A stretch of DNA of 28,205 nucleotides from Chthoniobacteraceae bacterium. Its GTDB lineage: Bacteria; Verrucomicrobiota; Verrucomicrobiia; Chthoniobacterales; Chthoniobacteraceae. The notes below the pieces were generated by a model. The model saw nothing but the letters and a program-made list of their open reading frames with translations. It ran no database searches and was not told the DNA's origin. Made by a program: the position numbers and the translations under genes. Of the stretch, positions 18,250 to 27,268 are shown one piece after another (position 1 is the stretch's first letter; the number at the start of each line of letters is the position of its first letter). The stretch covers positions 1-28,205 of the forward strand of contig JANNWY010000305.1 of NCBI GenBank assembly GCA_031409335.1, in the 5' to 3' direction.

Positions 18250-19294
18250 ATTCGGCAGGTTGTTTTGCGAAGGCGATGAATGATTCGCGCGCCGCGGCCA
18301 CGGCAGACGCATCGCCCATCAGTTTGTAAAACCACCAGCGCCCTCCACGCGGGACGATCGCGCCGAGCAGCGCGCGCGCATCACCTTTCAATTCGATGAG
18401 CACCGCATCCGGCGACGCGGGATCGAGCGGCGAGGCGACGGTGGCGAGCCCGGCGTCATCCACCGCGGGGAGGCCGAGCTGCTGGCACCAGCGGTTCACA
18501 TTCGCGAGCGTGCCGCCGGTATCGTTTGGGAAAATGCTGACGAATACCTCGCCCTTCCCGCCGTCCTTTTCCGGCACCGCAAATTTCCCGACCTGCATGT
18601 TTCCCGGCGCGAGCGGCTGCCAGCCAACGGGCACGGTCCAGTTGAATTCCGGTGCTGCCGGCGGCGCACTTGCTGCCTCGGCCGCTGGAGCCGCGCCTTC
18701 CTTCACACGGACGCTTTTCAAAAACTCGACGAACACCGGCTTCTGCGCCGACACGAGCGCCTCATCGCCAGCTAGTTTGTAAAACCAGCTCGCGTCCGCT
18801 TCGTGGTAAAACGCCGTGACGATGCGCAGCGGCGCGCCGCCTTCCTTCGCGCCGAGCACCTCAAACATCTGTCCCTTTTTCCCGCCGATCTCGACCGGCT
18901 CCAGCGTCTTCGCCAGCTCCGCATCCTCGATCGCGGCGAGCCCCGCCTGCTCGCGCCACATGTTCACCACGAGCCCTTCGCGGCCCGCGAGATTCGGCAG
19001 CGGCGTGATGTTCACGCCGGCCTCCTTCGCCCCATCCCTGATCGCGAACGCGGCAAGATTCACCGAGTTCGCGGGGACCTCCGTCCAGCCCGCCGGCAGC
19101 TTGTATTCGAGCTGCGGTTTTACCTTCGGCAGCGGGCTTTGCGCGCGCTCCGGCGTGGCGGCGGCGACGGGTTCGGCGTGGATTTCACTCGGCGCGAGGT
19201 AAACGCGGATCTGCGTTTTTTTGCAACCGCCCGCACCCATCGCAATGGTGCAAAATGTGGCGATGGCGGATGCGGTGTGAGGACGAAATTTCAT
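18248..19294 (-). CDS. Probable lipoprotein with two tandem homologous domains, first gene of the resB-ccsA operon
   Basis: Lipobox-like GAGG-C; repeats LPAGW..VNMWREQAGL..WFYKLAGD and VPVGW..VNRWCQQLGL..WFYKLMGD separated by an Ala/Pro linker. Confidence 0.8.
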   Translation of the reverse strand: MKFRPHTASAIATFCTIAMGAGGCKKTQIRVYLAPSEIHAEPVAAATPERAQSPLPKVKPQLEYKLPAGWTEVPANSVNLAAFAIRDGAKEAGVNITPLPNLAGREGLVVNMWREQAGLAAIEDAELAKTLEPVEIGGKKGQMFEVLGAKEGGAPLRIVTAFYHEADASWFYKLAGDEALVSAQKPVFVEFLKSVRVKEGAAPAAEAASAPPAAPEFNWTVPVGWQPLAPGNMQVGKFAVPEKDGGKGEVFVSIFPNDTGGTLANVNRWCQQLGLPAVDDAGLATVASPLDPASPDAVLIELKGDARALLGAIVPRGGRWWFYKLMGDASAVAAARESFIAFAKQPAE

Positions 19295-19419
19295 GAGACG
19301 CGGTGGCTCTAATGCAAGGCAGCGCCATGCGCGAACCCCATTTTCTGGCAGCGAGTCAATCCGGCGTGACCGGAGTTCTTATCACAAAATCGTGCCTGAC
19401 GGACCAGCCTGCCTGCGGA

Positions 19420-22400
19420 TCAATACTGCACGTGAAGCCGCAGAAACCGCCGCGCGCCGGACGCGGTCGGAAGCGGCGTGCTGTCCTCAACGACGATCAG
19501 CGCGGTGCCGTCGCCCTGGCTCGCGGGTCCGTTGAGGATGCGCGTATCGGCGGTCCAGGTGATGAGATCGCTGGAAACCTGCGGCGTGATCGCCAGTCCG
19601 ATGGTGCCTTCGCGAACGCGATACGTGGCGCGGAGAAATTGCATGCCGGGAGCGGCGGTGAAAACGCTGGGGACGATTTCGGGCCGGCTCGCAGACGCCA
19701 GCGGCGAACTGGCAAGCGCGAATTCCAGCACGTTGAAAATGCCGTCGCGATCGGGGTCCGCGGCCGCGCCCCAGACAGTGGATTCTTTCGCAGGATCCGC
19801 GAGGTCGGCGGCGGAAAAAATTTGCGTCCGCCAGTCGGCAAGCGTGAGCACGTCGAGTTCGCCGGGTTTGCCGCCGGTGCTGTAACTCGCGCGCCAGTTT
19901 GCGCCAATCGCGGGATCGAACTGCGCGGCAATGAGGACCAGCGCGGCACCGTCGCCATCCGGCGCGAGCGGCCACGGTGGGGCGTCATCGTAGGTGAAAA
20001 GCGCGATGCCCGCGCCCGCGCCGTCGATCACCCGCACCGTCTCGCCCGAGTCGTTCAGATTGCCGGTGAAAATTCCCGCGAGCGGGAGCCCCGCGCCATA
20101 GCGCGACGCAAATGCGGCGGCGTTTTCCGCGAGGCAGACGCGCGCGCCGGGAGCGAGCGTGGTGATGCTGGCGGCGGCAAAATCGAACGTGACGCCCGCG
20201 TTCACTTTCACCCCGCGCAGGTCGAGCGTTTCGGTGCTCACATTTTGGAATTCGAGATACTCGAAGTCGTTGTCCGTATTGAATCCCGCGCCGATCTCGG
20301 CCGCGCCCGGCGGGAGCGGATGATACTGCACTTTGCTGAGGATGAGCTTGCCCGCGATCGCCGGAGCGAACGTGGAAAAAAACGCTTCATCGAGCCCGCT
20401 CCATTCGCCAGTGCCACTGCGGAAACGAGCGCGCACCAGTGTTTGCGAGTTGATCGTGATCGCGCCGGAGAATGGCGTTCCCGCGATTCCGCCGCCGATC
20501 GCGCGCGGGTCGGAACCATCCAGCGTGAAGTAAATCGCCCCGCCTCCCGCGGCGCTGAGCGCGACTTGAAAACCCGCCGCGACCTGGCCGCCGCGTTGTG
20601 AAAAAAGCGGCGCGTCCACGCTCGGAAAAAGCGCGAATCCGCGTTTTGCGGACGATCGCATTTGCGCAATCACGTTCACCGTCCGCGTCGGAAAAAACAG
20701 CGCGCGCACGCTGGCCACTTTCGCGTTCCAGTTTGCCTGATTTTCGTCTGCCGTCTGTGCCCAGCGCAGCGATTCACCGATGACGGCCTGGTCGATCTGG
20801 CCGGCGAGCGCGTCCCAATGAGTCTGCGCGCGCGCGGGTGTGAACGCGCCACCGTGATGGAAATGGCGCTGCGCGACATCCGCGAACGCGATGCGGTATT
20901 CGGCGTTTGCGAGCAGATCCTCGTGAATCCACTCCGGGTTGCTGAAAGTGAGGTTGTCGCGGTTTGGGCTCGTGAGATTCACGGCGTTTGCGCGATCGTC
21001 AAACCACTCCGTCGCGCGCACGCTCGACTCACCGTCGTGCATGATGAAATGCCACGGCTCCGTCGTGCCGCGCCGACGGAGCGCGCGGAAATTGTTCGGC
21101 TTTTCCCAGTTAAAGGAAACCGAGAGCGGCTCGTCCGCGTGCCCCGTATAGTAGTGAAGCAGCATGTAGGCGGCGAGTTCGTGCGGATCGAGCAGCGCGG
21201 GCAGCGCGGCGTTTGGCGTGCCGTCGGCGTTGCGGCCGAGCAGTGCGAAATAGTTCGCGTTCGTCGGGTTCGCGTTCACCGCGCGGGCTTTCGTCCACAA
21301 GTCCGTCCACGCCGTGAGATCGCCCGCCGTGGCCTCGATCGTGAGTTGCGGCAGGCCGGTCGCGGCGACCCCGTCGTACTCGATCGCGCTGCCGCCGAAA
21401 TAGGTCGCGCCGAAATCCTCCTGCGCGCGTTCCTGCGTTTGGTAAAGGCCCCAATACTGGCCGTTCAGCAGCAGGTGATAGTAGCGGGAGCGCGTGGACG
21501 CATAGCCCGCGGCACCCCACAGATCGCGGCAGAAAACGTCGCGCATCGCCGTGAACTCGATCCGCACACCGAGGCTGAACGGATCGGCGTAGGCGTAGCC
21601 ATGTTCGCAGCGCAGCGAGATCGTGTCGAAATTCCGCGCACCATCCGCGCCGAACAGCGGAAACTGCAATTTCGAGGCGCCGTGTTCGCCGCGGAAAAAC
21701 AGATTGAAAGAGTGCTTCGGAAAATTCGCACCGCGGCTCTGGCCCCCGCGGATTCGCAGCCCGGCGTCGATTTGAAACGCGGGCGTGTTGTCCGGATTGA
21801 TCATCTCCAGGGACGCGGGCCGCTCCATGCCATCGGTCGTGGCATTCACATAGATGCCAGTCGTCGCTCCGGTGAGATTCGCCTGATCGGTGACGAGACT
21901 GAGCGTCGGCAACTGCGCCAGCGCGTTCAGTTTTTGTATCTGCGAGTAAAGCGGGAGCGTCACTGGCACGAGGCCGTAGCGCAGGATTTGGCCATTGATC
22001 GGACCGGACGGCCAGCCGCCGGCGAGCGTGCTCGCGTTCGTTTGCAGGAGCAGATCGGCGGGAAAAATGTAGGTGTTCGTGTCCGTGTTCGTCGGAAGAA
22101 AATTGGTCTTGAAAGCCCGCGCACGCAGCGTCGTCGTGGTGCTGATCGTGAATGCTCCGGCGTAAGCCGCGCTCGTCTCATTGGGCGCGCTGCCATCGAG
22201 CGTGTAGCGGATCGTCGCGCCGCTCGTCGCCGTGGTGATGCCGACCTGCACCGGCACGGTGAAAAAGCCGCGCTTCACGCTGAAAACCGTGTCCGCGACG
22301 AAGCCGCTGAACGACGGGCCATTTGCGGTGCCCGGCGTCGGCGTGAAAAAGTAACCCGTGTTTCCCGCCGCATCCTGGCCGTGGGAATAGTCCGCGCGCT

Positions 22401-23310
22401 GGCGCGGGAACGCTGGCGCAAACTCGCCGATCACCATACCGCCCGCATCCTTGAGCGCGAGGTATTCGCCCGCGTTATCGAGTTTGAAATTCGTGTGCAT
22501 CGGCAAGGTCGCGCGATCTTTTCCCGAAGCGAAAACGACGAGGAACTGCTGCGCGCCGATCACCGTCGCGGGGAAAATCCACGTCGCGCTGCCATCGGTG
22601 AGTTGGTAGCCGCCGATGGCGATCGGCGCGGCGGTCGGGTTGTAGAGTTCGAGCCAATCCGACGCGGCACCGTCCTCGTCCAGCAGACCGGCTTGATTCT
22701 CCGCGAGGAATTCATTGATGCGCACCGGGCCATTCGTCGGCGGCTCCGTCGGCGCGGGCACGAAGAGCACGTCGCGCAAATAGTTGCTGCCTTGAAATGC
22801 GGTCGCGGGCCGCGCGGCGCTGGTAGTGGTGAAAACGCCCGCGTTTGCCGGATGGGTGAGATGCGCGCCGTTGCCGCCAGCCACGGCGAGATCCCCGTTG
22901 AGAAATGCGTAGTTGCGCCCGCCGCCACCGGTCGTGACGACCACGGTGTAGTCCGCATTCGCGAGCACCGGAACATCCGGAACATCGAGCGTGATCCATC
23001 CCGTCGTACCGCCGTACGTCCACGGGTAAGGCCCGCCGATCACTGTGCCCGTGCTGTTCCGCCAGAGCCGCGCGGTGTGCGCGCCGGTCTCCGCCGCCAG
23101 CGCATACACGCGGAGATGCGTCACGTTTCCGTCCACTGTCGGCCGGAAGATCGTGCCGAGTTCGTAAAAGTTTCCCTCCGCGCCGGAGTCATTGCCCGTT
23201 TTCCCCGGAGGAAAAAGCGACTCCTGCGCGATCGCGTGCGAAAGGCAGGACAACACCGCAAGCCCCTGGATTGCGAAACGCGGCAGCGGCGGGGATGGCG
23301 AAAATTTCAT
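19420..23310 (-). CDS. Large secreted protein: DUF4082 - lamin tail - Fn3-associated - CotH kinase-like - Fn3-associated - lamin tail - C-terminal domain (1296 aa)
   Basis: Signal peptide ..SHAIA-Q; YELGTIF..SNYLRDVLF; VRINEF..DWLELYN; IRYTLDGSAP; IRGGQSR..KHSF..NGQYWGLY..ER..NNF; IYFTLDGSDPR; QYHP..EYLEFQN; DPDRDG..RRFLRL; start ATG 23310. Confidence 0.85.
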   Translation of the reverse strand: MKFSPSPPLPRFAIQGLAVLSCLSHAIAQESLFPPGKTGNDSGAEGNFYELGTIFRPTVDGNVTHLRVYALAAETGAHTARLWRNSTGTVIGGPYPWTYGGTTGWITLDVPDVPVLANADYTVVVTTGGGGRNYAFLNGDLAVAGGNGAHLTHPANAGVFTTTSAARPATAFQGSNYLRDVLFVPAPTEPPTNGPVRINEFLAENQAGLLDEDGAASDWLELYNPTAAPIAIGGYQLTDGSATWIFPATVIGAQQFLVVFASGKDRATLPMHTNFKLDNAGEYLALKDAGGMVIGEFAPAFPRQRADYSHGQDAAGNTGYFFTPTPGTANGPSFSGFVADTVFSVKRGFFTVPVQVGITTATSGATIRYTLDGSAPNETSAAYAGAFTISTTTTLRARAFKTNFLPTNTDTNTYIFPADLLLQTNASTLAGGWPSGPINGQILRYGLVPVTLPLYSQIQKLNALAQLPTLSLVTDQANLTGATTGIYVNATTDGMERPASLEMINPDNTPAFQIDAGLRIRGGQSRGANFPKHSFNLFFRGEHGASKLQFPLFGADGARNFDTISLRCEHGYAYADPFSLGVRIEFTAMRDVFCRDLWGAAGYASTRSRYYHLLLNGQYWGLYQTQERAQEDFGATYFGGSAIEYDGVAATGLPQLTIEATAGDLTAWTDLWTKARAVNANPTNANYFALLGRNADGTPNAALPALLDPHELAAYMLLHYYTGHADEPLSVSFNWEKPNNFRALRRRGTTEPWHFIMHDGESSVRATEWFDDRANAVNLTSPNRDNLTFSNPEWIHEDLLANAEYRIAFADVAQRHFHHGGAFTPARAQTHWDALAGQIDQAVIGESLRWAQTADENQANWNAKVASVRALFFPTRTVNVIAQMRSSAKRGFALFPSVDAPLFSQRGGQVAAGFQVALSAAGGGAIYFTLDGSDPRAIGGGIAGTPFSGAITINSQTLVRARFRSGTGEWSGLDEAFFSTFAPAIAGKLILSKVQYHPLPPGAAEIGAGFNTDNDFEYLEFQNVSTETLDLRGVKVNAGVTFDFAAASITTLAPGARVCLAENAAAFASRYGAGLPLAGIFTGNLNDSGETVRVIDGAGAGIALFTYDDAPPWPLAPDGDGAALVLIAAQFDPAIGANWRASYSTGGKPGELDVLTLADWRTQIFSAADLADPAKESTVWGAAADPDRDGIFNVLEFALASSPLASASRPEIVPSVFTAAPGMQFLRATYRVREGTIGLAITPQVSSDLITWTADTRILNGPASQGDGTALIVVEDSTPLPTASGARRFLRLHVQY

Positions 23311-23427
23311 CAATTCGGAGATGCCCTCATTTTGTGCCAACTCTCCGCCCGCCGCCACCCGTCTTCCGGCAAAGTGCCGCCGATTTTTGCGATGGTGATT
23401 CGCCAGCATTTTGCGGACAACTCCCGC

Positions 23428-24810
23428 ATGGCTCTGCTCATCAAAAACGGACGCATCGTCACCGCCGATTCCGACTTCACCGGCGATATTTTTTGCGAAG
23501 GCGAAACGATCACACGCATCGGCACCGGCTTGGATGCGCCGCCGGGCGCGGAGGTCATCGACGCCACGGGCAAGCTCGTCTTCCCCGGTTTCATCGACCC
23601 GCACGTTCACATTTACCTGCCTTTCATGGGCACGTTTTCCAAGGACACCTACACGACCGGCAGCCAGGCCGCGCTCGTCGGGGGCACGACGACGCTCATC
23701 GAAATGTGCTGCCCGTCGCGCGCAGATGAGGCGCTCGCGGGATTCGATCTTTGGATGTCGCAGGCGGTCGGGAAGTCGGCGTGCGATTTTTCGTTTCACA
23801 TGGGCGTCACGAAATTCGACGACAACACCGAGGCGCAACTCCGCGAGATCGTGCGGCGCGGCATCAGTTCGTTCAAAGTGTTCCTCGCTTACAAAGGCGC
23901 GTTTGGCGTCGATGACAAGGAGCTTTACCGCACGCTGAAACTCGCGAAGGAACTCGGCGTCATCGTCACCGCGCATTGTGAAAACGAAACGCTGATCGCC
24001 GAACGTTCGCGCGAACTGCTGGCCGCGGGCGTGACCGGGCCGGAGGGCCATCACGAGCGCCGTCCGCCGCGCGTCGAAGCGGAAGGCGTGCATCATCTCT
24101 GCACCTTCGCCGAGCTCACTGGCGCGCACATTTACTGCGTCCACACGAGCTGCGCCGAAGCGCTTGATGTCGCCATCGCAGCGCGGCAGCGCGGCGTGAA
24201 AGTGTGGGTCGAAACGCTGATCCAATATCTGCTGCTCGATAAAACTTACGCGGAGCGCGCGAATTTCGAGGGCTCGAAATTCGTGATGTCCCCGCCGCTG
24301 CGCGATGCGCGCAATCAAGCCGTGCTCTGGAACGCGCTCGCGAGCGGCCTCGTCAGCACCGTTGCCACCGATCACGCCCCGTTCGATTTTGAAAAACAAA
24401 AGCCAATGGGCCGCGATGACTTCACGAAAATCCCCAACGGCATCCCCTCGCTCGAAGACCGCGTGAACCTGCTCTACACCCACGGCGTGAAACGCGGTCG
24501 GCTCGACCTGAACACCTTCGTCGCCGTCGCGAGCACGAACACCGCGAAACTCTTCGGCCTCTTCCCGCGCAAAGGCACCATTGCCATCGGCAGCGACGCC
24601 GACCTCGTCATCTACGACCCCGAATATCGCGGAAAACTCTCCGTCAAAACGCAGACACAAGCCGTCGATTACAACGCCTTTGAAGGCTGGGAAATCGAAG
24701 GCCGCCCGAGTGTGGTGACCGTCCGGGGCGAAGTCGCGGTGCGCGGTGGGAAGTTTGTGGGCACGATTGGCCGCGGACAATTCCTCAAGCGAGAACCATC
24801 ACATTTTTAG
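23428..24810 (+). CDS. hydA: Dihydropyrimidinase (D-hydantoinase), 460 aa
   Basis: PGFIDPHVH, SSFKVFLAYK, AHCEN, VHTS, MSPPLR, ATDHAPF, IPNGIP; start ATG 23428. Confidence 0.95.
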   Translation: MALLIKNGRIVTADSDFTGDIFCEGETITRIGTGLDAPPGAEVIDATGKLVFPGFIDPHVHIYLPFMGTFSKDTYTTGSQAALVGGTTTLIEMCCPSRADEALAGFDLWMSQAVGKSACDFSFHMGVTKFDDNTEAQLREIVRRGISSFKVFLAYKGAFGVDDKELYRTLKLAKELGVIVTAHCENETLIAERSRELLAAGVTGPEGHHERRPPRVEAEGVHHLCTFAELTGAHIYCVHTSCAEALDVAIAARQRGVKVWVETLIQYLLLDKTYAERANFEGSKFVMSPPLRDARNQAVLWNALASGLVSTVATDHAPFDFEKQKPMGRDDFTKIPNGIPSLEDRVNLLYTHGVKRGRLDLNTFVAVASTNTAKLFGLFPRKGTIAIGSDADLVIYDPEYRGKLSVKTQTQAVDYNAFEGWEIEGRPSVVTVRGEVAVRGGKFVGTIGRGQFLKREPSHF

Positions 24811-24840
24811 ATGGCTCACGGGTTGTCGTCCTGAACCACC

Positions 24841-26292
24841 ATGTCTCCGCAAACCGAACGCTCCGCTTTTCTCACCCGCCGCCAGTTTTTCTCCAAAACT
24901 GCCGTCGGCATCGGCACTGCCGCGCTGTCTTCCCTGCTGGATCGCGACCTTCTCGCGGGATCAATCACCGGCGGGCTGAATGGGCTCCCGCATTTCGCGC
25001 CAAAGGCGAAGCGCGTCATCTATCTTCTGCAAAACGGCGCGCCGCCGCATCTCGACACCTTCGATTGGAAGCCAGGCATGGAGAAGTTTCGCGGTCAGGA
25101 AATCCCGGCGTCGGTGCTGGGTGGCAAGCGTTTCTCCACAATGACGCAGGGGCAAAAGCAGAAGCTCGTCCTGCCTGCGCTCACGGGTTTCAAACAATAC
25201 GGCAAATCCGGCGCATGGGTCGGCGACTACCTGCCGCACACGGCGGGGATCGTGGACGACTTGTGTTTCATCAAGTCGATGCATACCGAGGCGGTGAATC
25301 ACGCGCCCGCGATTTCGTTTTTCCTCACTGGCGGCGAGCAGCCTGGAAGGCCCAGCATGGGTGCGTGGGCGACTTACGGGCTGGGCTGCGAGACACAGGA
25401 GTTACCCGCGTTTGTAGTAATGACCTCGCGCGACAAGGAGGCGACGTGTGGTCAAATCTTCTACGACTTCTACTGGGGCTCGGGCTTTCTCCCGTCGAAA
25501 TTCCAAGGCGTGCGTTTTCGCGGCAGTGGCGATCCAGTCCTATATCTATCAAACCCGGATGGCATGTCGCGCGAAGTGCGCCGCGGCTTGCTGGACGATC
25601 TAGGAAAACTCAACGAGCAGCACTACGCGGAATTCGGCGACCCTGAAATCGCGACGCGCATCGCGCAGTACGAGATGGCTTACAAGATGCAGGCATCCGT
25701 GCCGGAACTAACCGACTTTTCCCAGGAATCGCCGGAGACACTCGCGAGCTACGGCCCGGATGTGAACCGCCAGGGTTCCTTCGCCTACAACTGCCTGATG
25801 GCTCGCCGCCTCATCGAGCGCGGCGTGCGTTTTGTGCAATGCTTCCACGCCGGATGGGATCACCACCAAAATCTAACTACCCAGTTCAAAATTCAATGCG
25901 CGGATACCGATCAGCCGAGTGCGGCATTGGTAACCGACCTAAAGCAACGCGGCCTGCTTGACGATACGCTCGTAATTTGGGGCGGTGAATTTGGGCGGAC
26001 GCCATTTTTGCAAGGCGATATTGCCGATACCAAGAAATGGGGCCGCGACCATCATCCTTACGCATTCACGATCTGGATGGCGGGCGGCGGGATCAAGCCC
26101 GGCATCACCCACGGCGAGAGCGACGACTTCGGCTTCAACGTCACAAAAGACCCGGTCCACGTCCACGACTTCCAAGCCACCGTGCTCAACCAGCTTGGGA
26201 TCGACCACGAAAGGCTGACCTACCGTTTCCAAGGCCGCCAGTTCCGCCTCACCGACGTGCATGGCAAAGTCGTGAAAGCCGTGCTTGCCTAG
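24841..26292 (+). CDS. DUF1501 family protein with Tat signal
   Basis: TRRQFF, APKAKRVIYL, HLDTFDWKP, ARRLIERGVRFVQ, WDHH, WGGEFGRTP, GRDHH, RLTDVHG. Confidence 0.93.
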   Translation: MSPQTERSAFLTRRQFFSKTAVGIGTAALSSLLDRDLLAGSITGGLNGLPHFAPKAKRVIYLLQNGAPPHLDTFDWKPGMEKFRGQEIPASVLGGKRFSTMTQGQKQKLVLPALTGFKQYGKSGAWVGDYLPHTAGIVDDLCFIKSMHTEAVNHAPAISFFLTGGEQPGRPSMGAWATYGLGCETQELPAFVVMTSRDKEATCGQIFYDFYWGSGFLPSKFQGVRFRGSGDPVLYLSNPDGMSREVRRGLLDDLGKLNEQHYAEFGDPEIATRIAQYEMAYKMQASVPELTDFSQESPETLASYGPDVNRQGSFAYNCLMARRLIERGVRFVQCFHAGWDHHQNLTTQFKIQCADTDQPSAALVTDLKQRGLLDDTLVIWGGEFGRTPFLQGDIADTKKWGRDHHPYAFTIWMAGGGIKPGITHGESDDFGFNVTKDPVHVHDFQATVLNQLGIDHERLTYRFQGRQFRLTDVHGKVVKAVLA

Positions 26293-26297
26293 AATTC

Positions 26298-26345
26298 GCA
26301 GGCCCGCCTTCATCTCAAACGAAGCTCTGCCCTTCAGAGCCGATA
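26298..26345 (+). repeat. Partial degenerate copy of the TA-flanking repeat (3' half)
   Basis: GCAGGCCCGCC..ACGAAGCTCTGC..TTC..GCCGATA resembles 27140-27183 GCAGTCCCGCC..ACGAAGCTCAGCTTC..GCAGATA. Confidence 0.5.
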
Positions 26346-26353
26346 GCAATTTC

Positions 26354-26785
26354 CTACGGCACGACCACCAACCCGGCTCCTTTCGCCATCACGGCCTGCC
26401 GCCCGTCAAAGGTGCAAAATTTCGTCGCTCCGAGTTCCAGCGCGAGGGCGACATGGAGCGTGTCCAGCGAGCGGCATAAGTTCGGTGCTGCGTGGGCGGT
26501 CGCGAGGTTCTCTGCTTCTTGAAAAGACATCCGTCCAAGCCGGACTGGTCGCAGCGAAAATACCCGCCGCGAGGTCGTTCTCGAAACTCGCCAGCACTGC
26601 CTTGCGTTCCGTCTCGGTGATTTCGCCGCGCCCGTGTTTCTGGCCAAATGCCGCCTTCATTTCCAGCCTGTGCAGCGCCGTGATGGCGGCAGGCCACCCC
26701 GCTCCCGAACGAGCGCCACGGCCTGCGCCGAGTTCGGCTCGCTCAGGTAAAGCTTCAACAAAACACCCGAGTCGAAAATCCGCAT
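26354..26785 (-). pseudogene. vapC: PIN-domain (VapC-like) toxin with two compensating frameshifts
   Basis: MRIFDSGVLLKLYLSEPNS (frame A), ITALHRLEMKAAF..WTDVF (frame B), QEAENL..RSLDTLHVALA..FCTFDGRQ (frame A). Shifts at a G-run (~26697-26706) and a T-run (26522-26525); frame A stops at 26657-26659. Confidence 0.85.
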
Positions 26786-27018
26786 CAGACCCGTTCCGCC
26801 CGCAATTCATCGAGCCCCGCCTGCGAATCCGGCAAGACCCGTTCGCCGAAAAGTGCCTTCTGCCGGGCGAGAAAATCCGGCATCTTCTGTGCCAACGGTG
26901 GAGCGGACCCAGTCGTCGTCGCTCGCGGCGCGTGCGCATCCATCCAGCGGCGGACTTCCACCCACTGCGCGGGCGGCAATTGGGCAATGGCGGCTTCTAT
27001 CTCAGTAGGCGTGCTCAT
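26785..27018 (-). CDS. Putative type II antitoxin (77 aa)
   Basis: MSTPTEIEAAIAQLP..MPDFLARQKALFG..LDELRAER; stop overlaps the toxin start (TGATG). Confidence 0.82.
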   Translation of the reverse strand: MSTPTEIEAAIAQLPPAQWVEVRRWMDAHAPRATTTGSAPPLAQKMPDFLARQKALFGERVLPDSQAGLDELRAERV

Positions 27019-27024
27019 ACGCGG

Positions 27025-27053
27025 AAGATGCCTGAGCCGAGCGCCATCGGCAA
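27025..27053 (-). promoter_or_regulatory. Putative leaderless-type sigma70 promoter (TA module 2)
   Basis: TTGCCG-17-CATCTT-6-ATG. Confidence 0.55.
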
Positions 27054-27092
27054 CCGTCGAGTCGCTCCCGGCAGCACAGGGCGAATTTCATA

Positions 27093-27197
27093 GCGCGGTG
27101 TGTGGTGGTCGGGGTCGCGCGCCGCCGCACTGGCTCCAGGCAGTCCCGCCCCTCACCACGAAGCTCAGCTTCCCCCGCAGATAAGGATGTGCCGAGC
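27093..27197 (+). repeat. Degenerate direct repeat, copy A
   Basis: 27093-27156 aligns to 27873-27936 at 52 of 65 columns by hand; a second block AGATAAGGATGTGCCGAG matches AAATACGGCGTTGCCGAG. Confidence 0.8.
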
Positions 27198-27234
27198 GCA
27201 CTCCGTCTCCGACATCTCGGCGAAAAGTGGCGTG

Positions 27235-27262
27235 TTGACTGACTCGTGATGCTGCGGAAAAT
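27235..27262 (+). promoter_or_regulatory. Putative leaderless-type sigma70 promoter (ParDE-like module)
   Basis: TTGACT-16-GAAAAT-6-ATG. Confidence 0.55.
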
Positions 27263-27268
27263 GCCTCC

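Noticed and set aside
19420..24810. Giant mutually overlapping ORFs (1786 aa on minus, 1382 aa on plus)
   Set aside because: Each is a real gene (CotH protein from 23310, hydA from 23428) extended by the stop-free antisense frame of the other, a common high-GC artefact; the extensions have no recognisable motifs
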